In this document: positions 6,858 through 14,140 of the stretch, in pieces
How positions within the stretch are numbered: the stretch's first letter is position 1
Layout: each line of letters starts with the position of its first letter
Notes under the pieces: model-generated
What the model saw: only the letters and a program-made list of their open reading frames with translations
Databases searched by the model: none
What the model was told of the DNA's origin: nothing
Position numbers and translations under genes: made by a program
IMG/VR virus record: IMGVR_UViG_3300029586_000007
Span: 1-42,644 of that record
Direction: 5' to 3' (one strand)
Origin: a virus
Length of the DNA stretch: 42,644 nt

Positions 6858-7068
6858 TTGACAAAATAACGAGGGCAAAAAGCAGAAAAACGTAATTTGC
6901 AAACTTTTTCAGAAAAACATTGTTTTTTCATTGATATATAACGTCACTGAATGGCAACGCATGCCGAAAAAATGCCGCTATATGTCCCACAAAGCCAATC
7001 TTCATACAATCTAAAAAAGTGCATAAAACAATTTTTAAGAAGTCGAAAATAAAAGGGAAGGTGAAATT

Positions 7069-7701
7069 ATGTTTTGCACGAATTGTGGCACGGAATTCGA
7101 GGGAAATTTTTGCCCGAACTGCGGAACAAAGGCTGGTGAACAACTACCTGCACAAACCGTTGCCCCAAAGGAAACGCACGAGTATTACGATAAAGAGGGC
7201 GATTTAATCGACCTCTCCACGATCTACGGCGTTTACAAGGACAGAACCGGCATGTCTGCATTCTTCCGCAAATGCACCGATTACGATTCTGTCACTATCG
7301 GTAAAGCGTTAGACTATATCGAGGATAACGTAAAGCCGAAGGAATACGGCATGCTGGATGCAATCCGCATGAAGCGTCAGATTGAAGCACCGATTGAGAA
7401 GATCATAAAAGTGCAAGCAGTGAACGACCCTTCGGTTAAATTGCAAAAGGCGCAGCTTTCCGAACTGAAAAAGGCGAACAAACTACAGCAAAAAGAAATG
7501 AACGCACAAGCGCGTTGTCCGCGTTGCGGCTCCACTTCCCTTTCTGCGCATAAGAAGGGATTCGGCATCGGCAAGGCCGTGGTAGGCGCAGCCGTGACCG
7601 CGCCGCTGGGGCTGGGATTGATCGGTGCCGTAGCCGGAAACAAGGGCGCGAAAAAAGTCCGCGTCACTTGTTTGAAATGTGGAAAACAATTTTGGGCATA
7701 A
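7069..7701 (+). CDS. Double zinc-ribbon protein with Gly-zipper membrane segment
   Basis: FCTNCG..FCPNCG at the N-terminus. RCPRCGS...GKAVVGAAVTAPLGLGLIGAVAG...VTCLKCG at the C-terminus. Preceded by an AT-rich region. Confidence 0.8.
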   Translation: MFCTNCGTEFEGNFCPNCGTKAGEQLPAQTVAPKETHEYYDKEGDLIDLSTIYGVYKDRTGMSAFFRKCTDYDSVTIGKALDYIEDNVKPKEYGMLDAIRMKRQIEAPIEKIIKVQAVNDPSVKLQKAQLSELKKANKLQQKEMNAQARCPRCGSTSLSAHKKGFGIGKAVVGAAVTAPLGLGLIGAVAGNKGAKKVRVTCLKCGKQFWA

Positions 7702-7803
7702 AAAACGCCCACCGGCGGCAACCGGTGGACGTTATACGGGGGTAGAAATCTTGTGCAACGGAATTCTACCCTCTTATTATATCGAAAATAGGAGGAAAAT
7801 GCA

Positions 7804-8982
7804 ATGCCACGTCGAAAAAAAGACCCTCGCGGCTTTGTCCGTGAGACCGGAACGTATATGGGAAAGCACTACGACCTGAGAGCAAAAACCGAAAAGGAAC
7901 TCAACGAGAAAATCAGGGCAAAACGCGCAGAGATCGAATCCGGAAGTAAACTCATTGAAGCCGGTGTTACCGTAAAGGAATGGGGAAAACGCTGGGTAGA
8001 AACCTACAAGTCCGGCGTGAAGGAATCCACGCGCAGGCTGATTGAGGGACGGCTTGTGAACTACGTCTATCCCTACATTGGGGATATCCCCGTTAGCAAA
8101 GTGCGGCCGCTGAACTGTCAGGAAGCGCTTAACTCTGCGGAAGGACGTGCGCCGGACACCGTAAAGAAGGTGCAGCAGGCAATCGAGCAGATGTTCCGTG
8201 CAGCCAAGCAGAACGGCTTGTGCGTCAATAATCCTGCGGAAGATTTGAAGATGCCCCGTACTGGCAAGCAGAAGAGCCACAGGAGCATTACAGATCGAGA
8301 ACGTGTTATTTTACTGGAAACTGCAAAGACGCATCCTGCGGGAACGTGGGTGCTTACTCTGCTGTATAGTGGCTTGCGTCCGGCGGAAAGCCTTGTGCTG
8401 ACATACGCCGATATTACAGGCGGTATGATTACTGTTGACAAGGCATACGACCGGGACACCCGCGCCGAGAAATACCCCAAGTCAGACGCAGGCGTTCGCA
8501 AAATCCCGATTATCCCCCAGCTTGCCGCAGTCCTGCCGAAAGACGGTTCGTTCGGTGAATTGGTTTTTCCGCGTAACGGGCACTTGTACGATGATAAGTC
8601 CATGCGTGCCATGTGGCAGGGTTTCCGCGCCGCTATGGATGATACCGAGCGCGAGTTGATCGCGGCGGGGAAAATTTCACCCATTGCCGAGCAGCTGCCT
8701 CCTATCGTTCCCTACGATCTGCGCCACACGTTCTGCACAGATTTAGAGCGTGCGGGCGTACCGCTCAACGTCGCAAGCAAACTCATGGGACACGCATCTA
8801 TCGAGATCACCGCCAAGATTTACACGCACACCGGCGAGGATATGATCGAACGTGCAGGCGAGCAATTAGCCGCCTTGCTCAGTCCCACATTTAGTCCCAT
8901 TAACGAAGTGCAAAAAACGCCTATGGCTGACATTATGCGAGAGCTGCAAGAACTTCGTGCAGCAGTGCTCAAAGCCGTATAA
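7804..8982 (+). CDS. int: Tyrosine integrase
   Basis: C-terminal catalytic block LRHTFCTDLERAGVPLNVASKLMGHASIEITAKIYTH. AGGAGG RBS. Adjacent to the att core. Confidence 0.95.
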   Translation: MPRRKKDPRGFVRETGTYMGKHYDLRAKTEKELNEKIRAKRAEIESGSKLIEAGVTVKEWGKRWVETYKSGVKESTRRLIEGRLVNYVYPYIGDIPVSKVRPLNCQEALNSAEGRAPDTVKKVQQAIEQMFRAAKQNGLCVNNPAEDLKMPRTGKQKSHRSITDRERVILLETAKTHPAGTWVLTLLYSGLRPAESLVLTYADITGGMITVDKAYDRDTRAEKYPKSDAGVRKIPIIPQLAAVLPKDGSFGELVFPRNGHLYDDKSMRAMWQGFRAAMDDTERELIAAGKISPIAEQLPPIVPYDLRHTFCTDLERAGVPLNVASKLMGHASIEITAKIYTHTGEDMIERAGEQLAALLSPTFSPINEVQKTPMADIMRELQELRAAVLKAV

Positions 8983-8993
8983 AATAACAAAAA

Positions 8994-9035
8994 AAGCCTT
9001 GTTTCAATGGATTTACCAAAGAAACAAGGCTTTTT
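8994..9035. terminator. Bidirectional intrinsic terminator after int
   Basis: AAGCCTTGTTTC 8994..9005 pairs with GAAACAAGGCTT 9021..9032. An A-run precedes it and a T-run follows. Confidence 0.65.
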
Positions 9036-9039
9036 AATG

Positions 9040-9094
9040 TGGAGCTGCTAACCAGATTTGAACTGGTGACCTCATCCTTACCAAGGACGAGGTG
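9040..9094 (-). other. attP core: 3' ~55 nt of a tRNA-Thr(GGU) gene
   Basis: The reverse complement reads CGTCC-TTGGTAA-GGATG (anticodon arm, GGT), AGGTC, ACCAG-TTCAAAT-CTGGT (T arm), TAGCAGC-T-CCA. No D arm or 5' acceptor strand is present upstream. Confidence 0.75.
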
Positions 9095-9142
9095 AAATTT
9101 TGAAACCCCACAGTATGTCTGAACTTTTGACACTTCAAAAAT

Positions 9143-9201
9143 TTTAGTCCCATGTTTAGTCCCACTTGACCTATACATTGTACCACAGATAGCGTGGGAC
9201 T
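9143..9201. repeat. Putative arm-type integrase sites (TTTAGTCCCA)
   Basis: TTTAGTCCCA at 9143..9152 and 9155..9164. Inverted TGGGACT at 9195..9201. Further copies on the other side of the core, inside the int 3' end (AGTCCCA 8881..8887, TTTAGTCCCA 8890..8899). Confidence 0.55.
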
Positions 9202-9211
9202 TCAATACCGC

Positions 9212-9238
9212 AAAAAGGGAGGGCATTTGCCCTCCCTT
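9212..9238 (-). terminator. Intrinsic terminator ending the late/accessory operon
   Basis: Minus strand: AAGGGAGGGC-AAAU-GCCCUCCCUU followed by UUU. It lies immediately after the stop at 9242. Confidence 0.8.
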
Positions 9239-9241
9239 CGT

Positions 9242-9628
9242 TCAATGCTTCACAACATACCGATAATATGCTGTTTCCTTATTCTTCACTGCGTCCTTGT
9301 CTTCGAGCCAGAACGCACAAGCAGCGTCAACATAGTAATCAATGTTGCGGATGCCGTGCTTCTCGTTGACCTTGCAAAAGTCGGAGTAAACAGCGTTCAT
9401 TGCTACCCAAAATTCTACCGGGTCGCAATTCATGTTGTGCTGCTGCATTACCTGCTTGCACTGTTCAAACGTCCAGTGCGGGCCAGTCGTGCCGTCAGCG
9501 TTCTGCATGTTGTGCAGCCATTCGTCCGCCATGTCCTTAGTCATACGTCCGGTGTGCGTACTGGAAGCATAGCCCATAGTGCGCTCAGAACCGTGCGTCT
9601 TGTCACCTACATAAGAAGTATCCCCCAT
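9242..9628 (-). CDS. Hypothetical protein (accessory cassette)
   Basis: Start set at ATG 9628, 14 nt after the upstream stop, with no clear SD. The track ORF runs to 9751 but overlaps the preceding gene. Confidence 0.6.
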   Translation of the reverse strand: MGDTSYVGDKTHGSERTMGYASSTHTGRMTKDMADEWLHNMQNADGTTGPHWTFEQCKQVMQQHNMNCDPVEFWVAMNAVYSDFCKVNEKHGIRNIDYYVDAACAFWLEDKDAVKNKETAYYRYVVKH

Positions 9629-9641
9629 GTAAGCATCATCG

Positions 9642-10034
9642 TCACGAAAGCCAATAGGGCGCGGTGCCGTTAATAGACCGCAGCGCGTCAGAATGAGAGC
9701 AGCAGGAATTACCGAGCATTCGGAAACTGCCGCCGCTGGACGAAGTGACAACGCGACACAGGTATTTGTGACGGGTGTCCAGATTAAACACTGTCGCCTG
9801 TGCGCCGTTGCATTTCAGCAGAGGATACGTTACCGTTCCGTCGCCGATTGTGATTACTACCGGTGCGCCGATGATCGTTGTGCTCGGAATGTTCTGAGCG
9901 ATTACGATTCCGTATACGCATCCGTTCTGATAATCTCCCGCCGGAATGTTCACCGTCAGCACGCCGCTTGCGTAAGTCACGCCCTGTGAGATACGCAGGT
10001 TCGGACACAGTTTTTGTACGGGCTTGCAAGCCAT
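9642..10034 (-). CDS. Hypothetical beta-rich protein with terminal Cys clusters
   Basis: AGGAGG 8 nt before ATG 10034. N-terminus MACKPVQKLC. NSCCSHSD near the C-terminus. Confidence 0.75.
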   Translation of the reverse strand: MACKPVQKLCPNLRISQGVTYASGVLTVNIPAGDYQNGCVYGIVIAQNIPSTTIIGAPVVITIGDGTVTYPLLKCNGAQATVFNLDTRHKYLCRVVTSSSGGSFRMLGNSCCSHSDALRSINGTAPYWLS

Positions 10035-10087
10035 AATCAAAACCTCCTATCAAAGCCGGGGGAATGTCCCCCGGCTGAACGTATCTC

Positions 10088-10903
10088 TCACATGCCGCAG
10101 CAGGTGTTGCAGCCACAGCCGGAAAACTGGTAAGGTGCCGGAACCGGGAACGCCGGAACGGGAGCCGGGCGCAGAGCGTTTACCAGATAATTGTTCTGTG
10201 CTTCCTGAGAAGCAGCGAACTTGAGGGTCTGGTTCTCCGTCTGGAGCGCCGCGATCTTCTCTGCCTGACGCGCAGTTTCCATCTGGTCAATCCGCGCAAT
10301 GATACGGTCGGTATCACTGTGCGTAGACTGGATGATATCACGCGCATTAGTAGCAGCGTTGTAATTGGTGTCGCAGAAACCTCGTTCTACCTGACGCTGC
10401 GTATCGCAGCAGCAGCTTGCCATCTGCGTACCGAGTGCGGTCAGACCCGCAGTCACGCCGTTAAAGCCGTTGTTCATGTTGGTGTTTACGCCGTTGATAA
10501 GCTGGGCGTTCTGATAGCCGAGCTGGCAAACCGAATTGTCCACGCCGTGGAAGCCGTTAGAAACCGCGCTGCCGAGCGTGTTGAAGCCGGTCAGCATCCC
10601 GTTGTTCATACTGTAAAAGCCGTTGCACAATCCGTCCTGAATGCCGAGAACGGAACGGGACAGGTTGTTGAAGTTGAACTCACTGCACAGATCGGAGCGA
10701 GTAACCGCGCCCTGATACCCTGCGCCGTTCGCACCGTTGCCGCCGTTGTTGCCCCAGCCCCAGCCGTTGCCGCCGAAAATCAGTGCAATAATCAGAAATG
10801 CGAAAATCCACGAGCCATCGCCGCCCCACATACCGGAGCCGTTGTTGCTACCGTTGTTGTCCTGACCCAGTGCATAGCCCAGAGCCATCGAATCGTCACT
10901 CAT
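10088..10903 (-). CDS. Gly/Asn-rich single-pass membrane protein with coiled coil and Cys-rich tail
   Basis: AAGGAG RBS before ATG 10903. GNNGSGMWGGDG-WIFAFLIIALIFGG-NGWGWGNNGG, repeated NGF motifs, CCC, IAALQTENQTLK coiled coil. Ends GCGCNTCCGM. Confidence 0.75.
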   Translation of the reverse strand: MSDDSMALGYALGQDNNGSNNGSGMWGGDGSWIFAFLIIALIFGGNGWGWGNNGGNGANGAGYQGAVTRSDLCSEFNFNNLSRSVLGIQDGLCNGFYSMNNGMLTGFNTLGSAVSNGFHGVDNSVCQLGYQNAQLINGVNTNMNNGFNGVTAGLTALGTQMASCCCDTQRQVERGFCDTNYNAATNARDIIQSTHSDTDRIIARIDQMETARQAEKIAALQTENQTLKFAASQEAQNNYLVNALRPAPVPAFPVPAPYQFSGCGCNTCCGM

Positions 10904-11043
10904 AGTGTAATTCTCCTTTTCAGTTATATTTGATCGGAACCGTACGCTTTCCGAACATGACAAATTCACGTCGGATTTTCATCAAGATTCCGTAACTGAA
11001 AATGGAACCGTAAAAAATCGTCTGTTTTTTTACAGTTTCGTAT

Positions 11044-11265
11044 TTACTTGATCTTCATGCCGAACTGCTGTGCAAACTGATCAAGGTCAATCCCTCGCTC
11101 CTTTGCAATGTTCATCGCCATCTGCCGCAGTGCATCCGGACTTTTCCCCTGTATACTCTGCATAAGCTGATTCACCATCGGGGTGTTGCCTGTCATCTGC
11201 TGCAAAAGCACCGTCGGGTTTCCGCCGTGCTGCATCAGCTGCATCAGCTGAATTATGCTCATCAT
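11044..11265 (-). CDS. Met/Gln-rich small protein
   Basis: ATGA coupling at 11262..11265. MMSIIQLMQLMQHGGNPTVLLQQMTGNTPMVNQLMQSIQGKSP... Confidence 0.7.
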   Translation of the reverse strand: MMSIIQLMQLMQHGGNPTVLLQQMTGNTPMVNQLMQSIQGKSPDALRQMAMNIAKERGIDLDQFAQQFGMKIK

Positions 11266-11654
11266 GCCTCGTTCCCTCCCAGCTTGTCGCATAAGGTGTT
11301 GAACCGTGCTTTCAGCTCGTCAAACTCACTTCTCGGAACGAACTTTGACAAATCCGTTTCCGAGGGTTTATTTGTTTCCTGCATCTGCACCCGGCTGTAT
11401 GCCACGAAATCCGCGCAGCCGGTTTGAAGGCTGAGCTGCTTTGTGTAGATATAGCCGTGCGCCGTGTCCGGCATGATAGTAAGCGCACCGGAAAAGTCCG
11501 TCTGTACCGCGCGTGCTTCCTCCACGCTTGCCACAGGTCGAACAATATGCTGTGGAGATTGCACCTGCTGTTGCATTGGTGTCTGCATTGGCTGTTGCGG
11601 GTACTGCTGTTGATACTGCGGCGTGTAGCCAGTGTAACCATAAGGATATGCCAT
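11262..11654 (-). CDS. Protein with Gln/Tyr/Pro-rich N-terminal low-complexity region
   Basis: MAYPYGYTGYTPQYQQQYPQQPMQTPMQQQVQSPQ followed by a globular domain. TAATG coupling with the upstream small ORF. Confidence 0.75.
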   Translation of the reverse strand: MAYPYGYTGYTPQYQQQYPQQPMQTPMQQQVQSPQHIVRPVASVEEARAVQTDFSGALTIMPDTAHGYIYTKQLSLQTGCADFVAYSRVQMQETNKPSETDLSKFVPRSEFDELKARFNTLCDKLGGNEA

Positions 11655-11824
11655 TAACCCAGCACCTCCGTAACGTGTTCGCTGATGGATTTACTTACCG
11701 CCTCTTTGTAGGATATATACTCCTCCAAACAATCTGTGTTGCCTGCGTTGCGGTAAACTGCTACAATGCGACGAGCGCACTCAGGGTCATACCCCATGCG
11801 TTCAAGTCTCTGTTCGTAACTCAT
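11654..11824 (-). CDS. 56-aa hypothetical protein (below ORF-track cutoff)
   Basis: Hand translation MSYEQRLERMGYDPECARRIVAVYRNAGNTDCLEEYISYKEAVSKSISEHVTEVLG. AAGGAAG lies 7 nt upstream. The stop overlaps the next start. Confidence 0.6.
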   Translation of the reverse strand: MSYEQRLERMGYDPECARRIVAVYRNAGNTDCLEEYISYKEAVSKSISEHVTEVLG

Positions 11825-11898
11825 GCGATCACTTCCTTATACTTTCAGTATAAGGTCTGCCGGGCGTGACAACCTGTCACAAATCTGTCAATTTTCCG

Positions 11899-12099
11899 TC
11901 ACAGCACGCGCAGCATTTTGCATTTGATGCTGTTCAACCGACGATGCACCGTGCTTTCGCTCATGTGCAGCGTCATGCAAATTTGAGTAATAGAACGCGC
12001 CGATGTTCGCAGATCAAACACGGCGCGTTCTTCTGGTGTAAAATTGCACTCACGCCGGAAGTATTCCACCTCCGGCCTTGTAAATTCCGTTAATTTCAT
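11899..12099 (-). CDS. Sigma-70 region-4-like HTH regulator (66 aa)
   Basis: ERAVFDLRTSARSITQICMTLHMSESTVHRRLNSIKCKM. ATG 12099 with GAGGGG 7 nt upstream; the track ORF runs to 12198. Confidence 0.7.
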   Translation of the reverse strand: MKLTEFTRPEVEYFRRECNFTPEERAVFDLRTSARSITQICMTLHMSESTVHRRLNSIKCKMLRVL

Positions 12100-12146
12100 G
12101 CGGTATCCCCTCGTTATGGTGTCACCGCATATCTTTCCCCTTGTAT

Positions 12147-12185
12147 AAAAAAATCGGGTGCGACACACTTTCGCGCTTCGCACCC
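12147..12185 (-). terminator. Strong intrinsic terminator in the leader of the sigma-r4-like gene
   Basis: Minus strand: GGGUGCGAAGCGC-GAAA-GUGUGUCGCACCC, then GA and seven U. The G.U pairs form only in the minus-strand reading. Confidence 0.8.
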
Positions 12186-12286
12186 TATAAAAACACACCG
12201 TCCCACGTCCTCTACGTCTATACCCTATGTAGGTTCATAAGGCTTCGGGGAGCGCAGGAACAATGCGTTTTTTCAATTCTGATAGG

Positions 12287-12315
12287 ATTATACCATCTTT
12301 TGTGTTCGTCCGCAA
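12287..12315 (-). promoter_or_regulatory. Promoter with extended -10 (TGGTATAAT), directly after the endolysin stop
   Basis: TTGCGG (rc of 12310..12315)-17-TATAAT (rc of 12287..12292) with TG at 12294..12295. Confidence 0.6.
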
Positions 12316-12316
12316 C

Positions 12317-13054
12317 TTAGCCGTAAAGGTGCGCACGGTCGTTTATAACCAGCAGGCGCAGCAGGTCGGTCGTCAGTGCCAGCTTGCCCTGATCGTCACC
12401 GTGCAGAAAGCCCTTGTTCACCAGCTTCTGCACGGTCGCCTTGCCCCATTCAGGTACTGCGTCTACCGTGTTATATACCTTCTTGGCGTTCTCAGCGTTT
12501 GCAATCTCCTGCTTTGCGATTGCGCGGGTCTGTGATTCCGTCATGTCTTCAACCTCTTTCTCTGTCAGCATGGTTTTGAATTTCTGCCACAACTGTGGAT
12601 TGCGTACCCACGGTTCCGGGCACTGCTTGTGCGTCACATCGTAGTGACGGCACACGCGCGATGCCGGAATATGGTACTTTGCCATCAACTCACGGGTCAG
12701 CTTTGCGGCGCGCTTCATGGTCTCCTCGGGGATAACGTACACCCCGTTTCGGATAACGCTGCACATTTCAATGCCAATGGAATTAGCGTTCCGGCAGTCG
12801 TTGTAGTAGCTGCCGCCGCGTTCCCTGCCGCAATGCCATGCCGTGTCACCGTCTTTTACGCTCTGCACGATTCTTTCCGTGTCCACAAAATAATGTGCGC
12901 TTGCGTTCAAACCGCCCTCACGCGCGAAATAATCCGCGTTATTCTGTGCCGTATCGCCGTTGTTGGACGTAAAGTGCAGGCAAATCCAGTGAATCGGAAA
13001 CTCTCTGCCTTTACGGTAATTACTCGGATTGCACGCTTTGAACGGAATGCTCAT
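12317..13054 (-). CDS. Endolysin: N-acetylmuramoyl-L-alanine amidase (Amidase_2/PGRP type) with C-terminal binding domain
   Basis: IHWICLHFTSN...ASAHYFVD...AWHCG...NSIGIEMC. ATGA overlap with the holin stop at 13051..13054. The N-terminal track extension to 13204 is rejected. Confidence 0.9.
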   Translation of the reverse strand: MSIPFKACNPSNYRKGREFPIHWICLHFTSNNGDTAQNNADYFAREGGLNASAHYFVDTERIVQSVKDGDTAWHCGRERGGSYYNDCRNANSIGIEMCSVIRNGVYVIPEETMKRAAKLTRELMAKYHIPASRVCRHYDVTHKQCPEPWVRNPQLWQKFKTMLTEKEVEDMTESQTRAIAKQEIANAENAKKVYNTVDAVPEWGKATVQKLVNKGFLHGDDQGKLALTTDLLRLLVINDRAHLYG

Positions 13055-13509
13055 TCTTCCTCGTCTCCAATCTTGTCTACTGCGTCCTTTGCTGCCGCAA
13101 GTGCCTTTTTCAGCCATGGCGGACACGGCGCACCAAGCGCAACTGCGTTCTCCACGATAGAGCCAAGCTCGGTCAACGTGTACCATACGACCACCAGCGG
13201 ACAAAGCAGCACCGTGTATTCAAACGGCAGTGTCACGCCCGGCAGATGGTCTACGACCATGCCAATCAGCAAGTCCGCGCCGCCTGCGACCGCAACGACC
13301 ACAATAGAGCCGACCTTGTGAAAGATACCGTCTCTCGCTTCCTTGCTCGACCAGTTGCCTTTCTGCATTGCCGCCGCCGTGCCGGTCAGATAGTCCGCCG
13401 CCATCGCTGCCACAAACAGCACAACAAGCCAGCCGAACCACCCCCACAGGGCGGTAAGGACGGCAACGCAAGCGGTAACAGCCGCCTTAAAATTGTTTAC
13501 ATTATCCAT
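13051..13509 (-). CDS. Holin (LL-H/TcdE-like family)
   Basis: Hydrophobic segments with DYLTG...KG..SSK....G...K motifs and a charged C-terminus. Directly upstream of the amidase. Confidence 0.85.
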   Translation of the reverse strand: MDNVNNFKAAVTACVAVLTALWGWFGWLVVLFVAAMAADYLTGTAAAMQKGNWSSKEARDGIFHKVGSIVVVAVAGGADLLIGMVVDHLPGVTLPFEYTVLLCPLVVVWYTLTELGSIVENAVALGAPCPPWLKKALAAAKDAVDKIGDEEE

Positions 13510-13536
13510 ACACTTATCTCTCTTTCTGTGCTCTTT

Positions 13537-13734
13537 TTATTCTGCCGTGCCGCCGAACTCCGCGGGCACAAGCTCCGGCATACCGCATTCGTCAATCAGG
13601 ATTGCCGCAACCTGCTTTTTCAGCTTCGCGGGCACGTCCTTGAATGCGCATTTACCGATAATCACGCGATTTGCAAATAACATTGCCATCATAAGTACCA
13701 TCCTTTCGAAATAGGTCTTGATTTTGTTAAGCAT
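13537..13734 (-). CDS. Small phage protein (XkdX/CD1375-like position)
   Basis: ATG 13734 overlaps the upstream stop by 8 nt. Lies between the tail-fibre genes and the holin. Confidence 0.6.
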   Translation of the reverse strand: MLNKIKTYFERMVLMMAMLFANRVIIGKCAFKDVPAKLKKQVAAILIDECGMPELVPAEFGGTAE

Positions 13735-14128
13735 AAACAACCGCCGCCATTTCGGCGATACAGTCCTCGTAAAAACTCTGCTGGTCAGCAAGGGCGGAAA
13801 CCTGCGCTTTCAGCAGCTTATTTTCCTGCTCCAGTTCTGCGTTGCTTTTCGGAATAACCGGCTTCGGCAGCTTCGCCTTATCCGCCTCGATTTCCTCGGC
13901 GGTGCGCTCTACCACCTTGCCGTCTACGAGCTTATAACGCAGAATCGCGCCGTCGTAGAGCGGCTTATCGAGATAATGGCTCTGCGCGAGCGCGTACTTG
14001 TCTCCAAAGCCTTCATCAATTTTCATCCATCCGGTAAGATCTGCCGGGAGGGAATACTCTCCTTCGAGCCGCAAAACACGGCTTTCACTGTCCAGAAGGA
14101 CGTAAACACGGGATTTAGGGGTTTGCAT
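13727..14128 (-). CDS. Hypothetical tail-fibre-associated protein
   Basis: 133-aa ORF after the tail fibre. C-terminal coiled coil NAELEQENKLLKAQVSALADQ. Confidence 0.7.
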   Translation of the reverse strand: MQTPKSRVYVLLDSESRVLRLEGEYSLPADLTGWMKIDEGFGDKYALAQSHYLDKPLYDGAILRYKLVDGKVVERTAEEIEADKAKLPKPVIPKSNAELEQENKLLKAQVSALADQQSFYEDCIAEMAAVVYA

Positions 14129-14140
14129 AGTGTCACCTCC

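Noticed and set aside
6928-7261. Minus-strand ORFs 6928..7143 and 7067..7261 near the zinc-ribbon gene.
   Set aside because: No RBS is present. They lie in an AT-rich intergenic region or antisense to a well-supported plus-strand gene, and their composition is implausible for a protein.
9040-9094. A complete phage-encoded tRNA gene.
   Set aside because: Only the anticodon arm, variable loop, T arm and acceptor 3' strand are present. The upstream sequence cannot form a D arm or 5' acceptor strand. It is interpreted as the att core.
12199-12211. GTCCCAC in the 12147..12295 leader matches the integrase arm-site core.
   Set aside because: It is a single 7-mer match far from attP. A chance occurrence is likely.
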